Below, one piece after another: positions 54,501 to 64,000 of a stretch of DNA of 64,000 nt. Each line of letters starts with the position of its first letter. Position 1 is the stretch's first letter. The notes under the pieces are model-generated. The model did no database searches. It saw nothing but the letters and a program-made list of their open reading frames with translations, and was not told the DNA's origin. The position numbers and the translations under genes are program-made. Origin of the DNA: Eledone cirrhosa (Eukaryota); the NCBI GenBank assembly GCA_964016885.1, contig CAXHJY010000096.1, positions 310,001-374,000 on the forward strand, in the 5' to 3' direction.

Positions 54501-57500
54501 AAAAAAATCAGGGGGAGATAATTTGTAAAAAAAATCAGGGGGAGATAATTTGTAAAAAAAATCAGGGGGAGATAATTTGTAAAAAAAATCAAGGGGAGAT
54601 AATTTCCAGCCGTCCAAGGGGAGATAATTTTCAGCCGTCCAAGGAGAGGTAATTTCTAGCCGTCCAAGGGGAGATAATTTCCAGCCGTCCAAGGGGAGAT
54701 AATTTCCAGCCGTCCAACGGGAGATAATTTTTTAAAAAAAATCAGGCGGAGATAATTTGTAAACAAAAATCAGGGGGAGATAATTTGTAAAAAAAAATCA
54801 GGGGGAGATAATTTGTAAAAAAAAATCAGGGGGAGATAATTTGTAAAAAAAATCAAGGGGAGATAATTTCCAGCCGTCCAAGGGGAGGTAATATCTAGCC
54901 ATCCAAGGGGAGATAATTTCCAGCCGTCCAAGGGGAGATAATTTCCAGCCGTCCAAGGGGAGATAACTTCCAGCCGTCCAAGGAGACATATTTTCCAGCC
55001 GTCCAAGGAGAGGTAATTTCTAGCCGTCCAAGGGGAGATAAATTACAGCCTCCAAGGGGAGATAATTTCCAGCCAGCCAAGGGGAGATAATTTGTAAAAA
55101 AATCAGGGGGAGATAATTTGTAAAAAAAATCAGGGGGAGATAATTTGTAAAAAAAAATCAGGGGGAGATAATTTGTAAAAAAAAATCAGAGGGAGATAAT
55201 TTGTAAAAAAAATCAGGGGGAGATAATTTGTAAAAAAAATCAAGGGGAGTTAATTTCCAGCCGTCCAAGGGGAGATAATTTTAATCCGTCCAAGGATAGG
55301 TAATTTCTAGCCGTCCAAGGAGAGATAATTTCCAGCCGTCCAAGGGGAGATAATTTCCAGCCGTCCAAGGGGAGATAATTTTTTTAAAAAAATCAGGCGG
55401 AGATAAGTTGTAAAAAAAAATCAGGGGGAGATAATTTGTAAAAAAAAATCAGGGGGAGATAATTTGTAAAAAAAAATCAGGGGGAGATAATTTGTAAAAA
55501 AAATCAAGAGAAGATAATTTCCAGCCGTCCAAGAGAAGATAATTTCCAGCCCTCCAAGGGGCTATAATTTCCAGCGTCCAAGGGGAGATAATTTCCAGCC
55601 AGCGAAGGGGAGATAATTTTTAAAAAAAAATCACTGGGAGATTTGTAAAAAAAATCAGGGGGAGATAATTTGTAAAAAAAATCAAGGGGAGATAATTTCC
55701 AGCCGTCCAAAGAGAGATAATTTCTAGCCGTCCAAGGGGAGATAATTTCCAGCCAAGGGGAGATAATTTCCAGCCGTCCAAGGGAAGATAATATTTAAAA
55801 AAATCAGGCGGAGATAATTTGTAAAAAAAATCAGGGGGAGATAATTTGTAAAAAAATCAGGGGGAGATAATTTGTAAAAGAAAAATCAGGGGGAGATAAT
55901 TTGTAAAAAAAATCAGGGGGAGATAATTTGTAAAAAAAATCAGGGGTAGATAATTTGTAAAAAAAAATCAGGGGGAGATAATTTGTAAAAAAAAATCAGG
56001 GGGAGATAATTTGTAAAAAAAATCAGGGAGAGATAATTTGTGAAAAAAAATCAGGGGGAGATAATTTGTAAAAAAAATCAAGGGGAGATAATTTGCAGCC
56101 GTCCAAGGGGAGATAATTTTCAGCCGTCCAAGGAGAGATAATTTCTAGCCGTCCAAGGGGAGATAATTTCCAGCCGTCCAAGGGGAGATAATTTCCAGCC
56201 GTCCAAGGGGAGATAATTTTTTTAAAAAAATCAGGCGGAGATAATTTGTATAAAAAAAATCAGGGGGAGATAATTTGTAAAAAAAAATCAGGGGGAGATA
56301 ATTTGTAAAAAAAAATCAGGGGGAGATAATTTGTAAAAAAAATCAAGGGGAGATAATTTCCAGCCGTCCAAGGGAAGATAATTTCCAGCCGTCCAAGGGA
56401 AGATAATTTCCAGGCCTCCAAGGGGCTATAATTTCCAGCGTCCAAGGGGAGATAATTTTTTTTTTAAAAATCAGGGGGAGATAATTTGTAAAAAAAATCA
56501 GGGGGAGATAATTTGTAAAAAAAATCAAGGGGAGATAATTTCCAGCCAAGGGGAGATAATTTCCAGCCGTCCAAGGGGAGATAATTTCCAGCAGTGCAAG
56601 GGGAGATAATTTCCAGCCGTCCAAGGGGAGATAATTTCCAACCTTCCAAGGGGAGATAATTTTCAGCCGTCCAAGGATAGATAATTTCCCGCCAGCCAAG
56701 GAGAGATAATATTTAAAAAAATCAGGCGGAGATAATTTGTAAAAAAAATCAGGGGGAGATAATTTGTAAAAAAAATCAGGGGGAGATAATTTGTAAAAAA
56801 AAATCAGGGGTAGATAATTTGTAAAAAAAAATCAGGGGGAGATAATTTGTAAAAAAAAAATCAGGGGGAGATAATTTGTAAAAAAATCAAGGGGAGATAA
56901 TTTCCAGCCGTCCAAGGGGAGATAATTTTCAGCCGTCCAAGGAGAGGTAATTTCTAGCCGTACAAGGGGAGATAATTTCCAGCCGTCCAAGGGGAGATAA
57001 TTTTTTAAAAAAAATCAGGCGGAGATAATTTGTAAACAAAAATCAGGGGGAGATAATTTGTAAAAAGAAATCAGGGGGAGATAACTTGTAAAAAAAATCA
57101 GGGGGAGATAATTTGTAAAAAAAATCAAGGGGAGATAATTTCCAGCCGTCCAAGGGGAGGTAATATCTAGCCATCCAAGGGGAGATAATTTCCAGCCGTC
57201 CAAGGGGAGATAATTTCCAGCCGTCCAAGGGGAGATAATTTCCAGCCGTCCAAGGAGACATATTTTCCAGCCGTCCAAGGAGAGGTAATTTCTAGCCGTC
57301 CAAGGGGAGATAAATTCCAGCCTCCAAGGGGAGATAATTTCCAGCCAGCCAAGGGGAGATAATTTGTAAAAAAATCAGGGGGAGATAATTTGTAAAAAAA
57401 AATCAGGGGGAGATAATTTGTAAAAAAAATCAGGGGGAGATAATTTGTAAAAAAAAATCAGGGGGAGATAATTTGTAAAAAAAATCAAGGGGAGATAATT

Positions 57501-60500
57501 TCCAGACGTCCAAGGGGAGATAATTTTCAGTTGTCCAAGGAGAGGTAATTTCTAGCCGTCCAAGGAGAGATAATTTCCAGCCGTCCAAGGGGAGATAATT
57601 TCCAGCCGTCCAAGGGGAGATAATTTTTTTAAAAAAATCAGGCGGAGATAAGTTGTAAAAAAAAATCAGGGGGAGATAATTTGTAAAAAAAAATCAGGGG
57701 GAGATAATTTGTAAAAAAAAATCAGGGGGAGATAATTTGTAAAAAAAATCAAGGGGAGATAATTTCCAGCCGTCCAAGGGAAGATAATTTCCAGCCGTCC
57801 AAGGGGAGATAATTTCTAGCCGTCCAAGGGGAGATAATTTTTTTAAAAAAATCAGGCGGAGATAAGTTGTAAAAAAAATCAGGGGGAGATAATTTGTAAA
57901 AAAAAATCAGGGGGAGATAATTTGTAAAAAAATCAAGGGGAGATAATTTCCAGCCGTCCAAGGGGAGATAATTTTCAGCCGTCCAAGGAGAGGTAATTTC
58001 TAGCCGTCCAAGGGGAGATAATTTCCAGCCGTCCAAGGGGAGATAATTTCCAGCCGTCTAAGGGGAGATAATTTTTTTAAAAAAATCAGGCGGAGATAAT
58101 TTGTAAACAAAAATCAGGGGGAGATAATTTGTAAAAAAAAATCAGGGGGAGATAATTTGTAAAAAAAAATCAGGGGGAGATAATTTGTAAAAAAAATCAA
58201 GGGGAGATAATTTCCAGCCGTCCAAGGGGAGGTAATATCTAGCCATCCAAGGGGAGATAATTTCCAGCCGTCCAAGGGGAGATAATTTCCAGCCGTCCAA
58301 GGGGAGATAATTTCCAGCCGTCCAAGGAGACATATTTTCCAGCCGTCCAAGGAGAGGTAATTTCTAGCCGTCCAAGGGGAGATAAATTCCAGCCTCCAAG
58401 GGGAGATAATTTCCAGCCAGCCAAGGGGAGATAATTTGTAAAAAAAATCAGGGGGAGATAATTTGTAAAAAAAAATCAGGGGGAGATAATTTGTAAAAAA
58501 AAATCAGGGGGAGATAATTTGTAAAAAAAATCAGGGGGAGATAATTTGTAAAAAAAATCAAGGGGAGTTAATTTCCAGCCGTCCAAGGGGAGATAATTTT
58601 CAGCCGTCCAAGGATAGGTAATTTCTAGCCGTCCAAGGAGAGATAATTTCCAGCCGTCCAAGGGGAGATAATTTCCAGCCGTCCAAGGGGAGATAATTTT
58701 TTTAAAAAAATCAGGCGGAGATAAGTTGTAAAAAAAAATCAGGGGGAGATAATTTGTAAAAAAAATCAGGGGGAGATAATTTGTAAAAAAAAATCAGGGG
58801 GAGATAATTTGTAAAAAAAATCAAGAGAAGATAATTTCCAGCCGTCCAAGGGAAGATAATTTCCAGCCCTCCAAGGGGCTATAATTTCCAGCGTCCAAGG
58901 GGAGATAATTTCCAGCCGTCCAAGGGGAGATAATTTCCAGCCGTCCAAGGAGACATATTTTCCAGCCGTCCAAGGAGAGGTAATTTCTAGCCGTCCAAGG
59001 GGAGATAAATTCCTGCCTCCAAGGGGAGATAATTTCCAGCCAGCCAAGGGTAGATAATTTGTAAAAAAATCAGGGGGAGATAATTTGTAAAAAAAATCAG
59101 GGGGAGATAATTTGTAAAAAAAAATCAGGGGGAGATAATTTGTAAAAAAAAATCAGGGGAGATAATTTGTAAAAAAAATCAGGGGGAGATAATTTGTAAA
59201 AAAAAATCAAGGGGAGATAATTTCCAGCCGTCCAAGGGGAGATAATTTTCAGCCGTCCAAGGAGAGGTAATTTCTAGCCGTCCAAGGAGAGATAATTTCC
59301 AGCCGTCCAAGGGGAGATAATTTCCAGCCGTCCAAGGGGAGATGATTTTTTAAAAAAAATCAGGCGGAGATAAGTTGTAAAAAAAAATCAGGGGGAGATA
59401 ATTTGTAAAAAAAAATCAGGGGGAGATAATTTGTAAAAAAAAATCAGGGGGAGATAATTTGTAAAAAAAATCAAGGGGAGATAATTTCCAGCCGTCCAAG
59501 GGGAGGTAATATCTAGCCATCCAAGGGGAGATAATTTCCAGCCGTCCAAGGGGAGATAATTTCCAGCCGTCCAAGGGGAGATAATTTGTAAAAAAATCAG
59601 GGGGAGATAATTTGTAAAAAAAAATCAGGGGGAGATAATTTGTAAAAAAAAATCAGGGGAGATAATTTGTAAAAAAAATCAGTGGGAGATAATTTGTAAA
59701 AAAAATCAAGGGGAGATAATTTCCAGCCGTCCAAGGGGAGATAATTTTCAATTGTCCAAGGAGAGGTAATTTCTAGCCGTCCAAGGAGAGATAATTTCCA
59801 GCCGTCCAAGGGGAGATAATTTCCAGCCGTCCAAGGGGAGATGATTTTTTAAAAAAAATCAGGCGGAGATAAGTTGTAAAAAAAAATCAGGGGGAGATAA
59901 TTTGTAAAAAAAAATCAGGGGGAGATAATTTGTAAAAAAAATCAAGGGGAGATAATTTCCAGCCGTCCAAGGGAAGATAATTTCCAGCCCTCCAAGGGGC
60001 TATAATTTCCAGCGTCCAAGGGGAGATAATTTCCAGCCAGCGAAGGGGAGATAATTTTTAAAAAAAAATCACTGGGATATTTGTAAAAAAAATCAGGGGG
60101 AGATAATTTGTAAAAAAAATCAAGGGGAGATAATTTCCAGCCGTCCAAAGAGAGATAATTTCTAGCCGTCCAAGGGGAGATAATTTCCAGCCTTCCAAGG
60201 GGAGATAATTTTTTAAAAAATCAGGTGGAGATAATTTGTAAAAAAAATCAGGGGGAGATAATTTGTAAAGAAAATCAAGGGGAGTTAATTTCCAGCCGTC
60301 CAAGGGGAGATAATTTTCATCCGTCCAAGGATAGGTAATTTCTAGCCGTCCAAGGAGAGATAATTTCCAGCCGTCCAAGGGGAGATAATTTCCAGCCGTC
60401 CAAGGGGAGATAATTTTTTTAAAAAAATCAGGCGGAGATAAGTTGTAAAAAAAATCAGGGGGAGATAATTTGTAAAAAAAAATCAGGGGGAGATAATTTG

Positions 60501-63500
60501 TAAAAAAAAATCAGGGGGAGATAATTTGTAAAAAAAATCAAGAGAAGATAATTTCCAGCCGTCCAAGGGAAGATAATTTCCAGCCCTCCAAGGGGCTATA
60601 ATTTCCAGCGTCCAAGGGGAGATAATTTCCAGCCAGCGAAGGGGAGATAATTTTAAAAAAAAAATCAGTGGGAGATTTGTAAAAAAAATCAGGGGGAGAT
60701 AATTTGTAAAAAAAATCAAGGGGAGATAATTTCCAGCCGTCCAAAGAGAGATAATTTCTAGCCGTCCAAGAGGAGATAATTTCCAGCCAAGGGGAGATAA
60801 TTTCCAGCCGTCCAAGGGAAGATAATATTTAAAAAAATCAGGCGGAGATAATTTGTAAAAAAAATCAGGGGGAGATAATTTGTAAAAAAATCAGGGGGAG
60901 ATAATTTGTAAAAGAAAAATCAGGGGGAGATAATTTGTAAAAAAAATCAGGGGGAGATAATTTGTAAAAAAAATCAGGGGTAGATAATTTGTAAAAAAAA
61001 ATCAGGGGGAGATAATTTGTAAAAAAAAATCAGGGGGAGATAATTTGTAAAAAAAATCAGGGGGAGATAATTTGTAAAAAAAAATCAGGGGGAGATAATT
61101 TGTAAAAAAAATCAAGGGGAGATAATTTGCAGCCGTCCAAGGGGAGATAATTTTCAGCCGTCCAAGGAGAGATAATTTCTAGCCGTCCAAGGGGAGATAA
61201 TTTCCAGCCGTCCAAGGGGAGATAATTTCCAGCCGTCCAAGGGGAGATAATTTTTTTAAAAAAATCAGGCGGAGATAATTTGTATAAAAAAAATCAGGGG
61301 GAGATAATTTGTAAAAAAAAATCAGGGGGAGATAATTTGTAAAAAAAAATCAGGGGGAGATAATTTGTAAAAAAAATCAAGGGGAGATAATTTCCAGCCG
61401 TCCAAGGGAGGATAATTTCCAGCCGTCCAAGGGAAGATAATTTCCAGCCCTCCAAGGGGCTATAATTTCCAGCGTCCAAGGGGAGATAATTTTTTTTTTA
61501 AAAATCAGGGGGAGATAATTTGTAAAAAAAATCAGGGGGAGATAATTTGTAAAAAAAATCAAGGGGAGATAATTTCCAGCCGTCCAAAGAGAGATAATTT
61601 CTAGCCGTCCAAGGGGAGATAATTTCCAGCCAAGGGGAGATAATTTCCAGCCGTCCAAGGGGAGATAATTTTTAAAAAAATCAGGTGGAGATAATTTGTA
61701 AAAATAATCAGGGGAAGATAATTTGTAAAAACAAAATCAAGGGCAGATAATTTCCAGCCGTCCAAGGGGAGATAATTTCCAGCAGTGCAAGGGGAGATAA
61801 TTTCCAGCCGTCCAAGGGGAGATAATTTCCAACCTTCCAAGGGGAGATAATTTCCAGCCGTCCAAGGATAGATAATTTCCCGCCAGCCAAGGAGAGATAA
61901 TATTTAAAAAAATCAGGCGGAGATAATTTGTAAAAAAAAATCAGGGGTAGATAATTTGTAAAAAAAAAATCAGGGGGAGATAATTTGTAAAAAAATCAAG
62001 GGGAGATAATTTCCAGCCGTCCAAGGGGAGATAATTTTCAGCCGTCCAAGAAGAGGTAATTTCTAGCCGTCCAAGGGGAGATAATTTCCAGCCGTCCAAG
62101 GGGAGATAATTTTTAAAAAAAAATCAGGCGGAGATAATTTGTAAACAAAAATCAGGGGGAGATAATTTGTAAAAAGAAATCAGGGGGAGATAACTTGTAA
62201 AAAAAATCAGGGGGAGATAATTTGTAAAAAAAATCAAGGGGAGATAATTTCCAGCCGTCCAAGGGGAGGTAATATCTAGCCATCCAAGGGGAGATAATTT
62301 CCAGCCGTCCAAGGGGAGATAATTTCCAGCCGTCCAAGGGGAGATAATTTCCAGCCGTCCAAGGAGACATATTTTCCAGCCGTCCAAGGAGAGGTAATTT
62401 CTAGCCGTCCAAGGGGAGATAAATTCCAGCCTCCAAGGGGAGATAATTTCCAGCCAGCCAAGGGGAGATAATTTGTAAAAAAATCAGGGGGAGATAATTT
62501 GTAAAAAAAATCAGGGGGAGATAATTTGTAAAAAAAAATCAGGGGGAGATAATTTGTAAAAAAAAATCAGGGGGAGATAATTTGTAAAAAAAATCAAGGG
62601 GAGATAATTTCCAGACGTCCAAGGGGAGATAATTTTCAGCCGTCCAAGGAGAGGTAATTTCTAGCCGTCCAAGGAGAGATAATTTCCAGCCGTCCAAGGG
62701 GAGATAATTTCCAGCCGTCCAAGGGGAGATAATTTTTTTAAAAAAATCAGGCGGAGATAAGTTGTAAAAAAAAATCAGGGGGAGATAATTTGTAAAAAAA
62801 AATCAGGGGGAGATAATTTGTAAAAAAAAATCAGGGGGAGATAATTTGTAAAAAAAATCAAGGGGAGATAATTTCCAGCCGTCCAAGGGGAGATAATTTC
62901 TAGCCGTCCAAGGGGAGATAATTTTTAAAAAAAAATCAGGCGGAGATAAGTTGTAAAAAAAATCAGGGGGAGATAATTTGTAAAAAAAAATCAGGGGGAG
63001 ATAATTTGTAAAAAAATCAAGGGGAGATAATTTCCAGCCGTCCAAGGGGAGATAATTTTCAGCCGTCCAAGGAGAGGTAATTTCTAGCCGTCCAAGGGGA
63101 GATAATTTCCAGCCGTCCAAGGGGAGATAATTTCCAGCCGTCTAAGGGGAGATAATATTTTTAAAAAAATCAGGCGGAGATAATTTGTAAACAAAAATCA
63201 GGGGGAGATAATTTGTAAAAAAAAATCAGGGGGAGATAATTTGTAAAAAAAAATCAGGGGGAGATAATTTGTAAAAAAAATCAAGGGGAGATAATTTCCA
63301 GCCGTCCAAGGGGAGGTAATATCTAGCCATCCAAGGGGAGATAATTTCCAGCCGTCCAAGGGGAGATAATTTCCAGCCGTCCAAGGGGAGATAATTTCCA
63401 GCCGTCCAAGGAGACATATTTTCCAGCCGTCCAAGGAGAGGTAATTTCTAGCCGTCCAAGGGGAGATAAATTCCAGCCTCCAAGGGGAGATAATTTCCAG

Positions 63501-64000
63501 CCAGCCAAGGGGAGATAATTTGTAAAAAAAATCAGGGGGAGATAATTTGTAAAAAAAAATCAGGGGGAGATAATTTGTAAAAAAAAATCAGGGGGAGATA
63601 ATTTGTAAAAAAAATCAGGGGGAGATAATTTGTAAAAAAAATCAAGGGGAGTTAATTTCCAGCCGTCCAAGGGGAGATAATTTTCATCCGTCCAAGGATA
63701 GGTAATTTCTAGCCGTCCAAGGAGAGATAATTTCCAGCCGTCCAAGGGGAGATAATTTCCAGCCGTCCAAGGGGAGATAATTTTTTTAAAAAAATCAGGC
63801 GGAGATAAGTTGTAAAAAAAAATCAGGGGGAGATAATTTGTAAAACAAAATCAGGGGGAGATAATTTGTAAAAAAAAATCAGGGGGAGATAATTTGTAAA
63901 AAAAATCAAGAGAAGATAATTTCCAGCCGTCCAAGGGAAGATAATTTCCAGCCCTCCAAGGGGCTATAATTTCCAGCGTCCAAGGGGAGATAATTTCCAG
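51550..64000 (+). repeat. Diverged copy of an older ~12-12.6 kb higher-order unit (homologous to ~32000-44040)
   Basis: Rare markers seen only in this pair: CAGGCGTAG (~32634/52126), GATAGTTTG (~32949/52441), CAGGGTGAG (~33642/53187), CAAGTGGAG (~33793/53338) and CAGGGAGAG (~36303/56024). The offset is 19,492 at 32967/52459, equal to 12,012 + 7,480. Later offsets are 12,635 (47848/60483) and 12,530 (51030/63560). Confidence 0.75.

Larger units (their letters stand above)
1..64000 (+). repeat. Composite two-monomer satellite DNA array (25-bp B and ~27-bp A monomers sharing the GGGGAGATAATTT core), running off both window ends
   Basis: Every line is made of CAGGGGGAGATAATTTGT(A)7-11T or CAAGGGGAGATAATTTCCAGCCGTC or point/indel variants of them. 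All are in the same orientation. I found no unique sequence or inverted copy. Confidence 0.98.

Noticed and set aside
294-63745. Numerous short minus-strand ORFs (DGWKLSPL / GRLEIISPW / TAGNYLPL / FFYKLSPPD / IFFTNYLPL repeats)
   Set aside because: These are the three frames of the same monomers, 60-186 aa long and overlapping. Most begin at TTG/GTG-type starts inside the repeat and are frameshifted by homopolymer length changes, with no frame conservation. The + strand lacks ORFs simply because nearly every core contains TAA.
1-64000. CRISPR-like look (constant repeat plus variable spacer)
   Set aside because: The constant part is only ~13 bp and the spacers are 12-16 bp of just two recurring types rather than unique sequences. 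There is no leader and there are no cas genes.
1-64000. Telomerase-made telomere with long (25-27 bp) G-biased units as in some budding yeasts
   Set aside because: Variants are inherited in ordered kb-scale blocks, which indicates recombinational amplification rather than de novo templated addition. The array also exceeds 64 kb with no chromosome end visible. A subtelomeric location is not excluded.
1-64000. G-quadruplex array from G4-G5 tracts on the + strand
   Set aside because: The G tracts are separated by 21-24 nt loops, far beyond canonical G4 loop lengths. It cannot be supported without experiment.
1-64000. Synthetic or pure sequencing-artefact origin of the array, or an encoded binary message in A/B order
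   Set aside because: Nested, shared private variants and graded divergence between duplications match natural satellite evolution. Run lengths are explained by copying of modules.
1-64000. Embedded transposon, inversion or unique island
   Set aside because: I saw no reverse-complement core (AAATTATCTCCCC), terminal repeat or non-satellite segment on the + strand in a by-eye read-through.

Overview
The whole 64-kb window is one uninterrupted, head-to-tail, single-orientation satellite DNA array of about 2,400 monomers (64,000 / ~26 bp). I see no gene, RNA gene, transposon or unique sequence. Two related monomers share a core (CA[A/G]GGGGAGATAATTT): type A, CAGGGGGAGATAATTTGT(A)7-11T (~27 bp, A-tract), and type B, CAAGGGGAGATAATTTCCAGCCGTC (25 bp, CpG-bearing). 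They alternate in short runs to form modules of roughly 200-400 bp with stereotyped junctions. The modules carry fixed diagnostic variants and are nested into higher-order repeats: a ~3.3-3.5 kb cycle, near-identical tandem duplications of ~4,357 bp and ~7,480 bp, and an older ~12-12.6 kb period. A distinct sub-domain lies at ~4.4-14.1 kb. All ORFs in the track are translation artefacts of the repeat. The most unusual local signal is a junction T(n)A(m) tract whose T/A boundary slides while total length stays fixed (14 or 15), even between near-identical duplicate copies. This looks like eukaryotic heterochromatic or centromeric-type satellite, but organism and function cannot be determined from the sequence alone.
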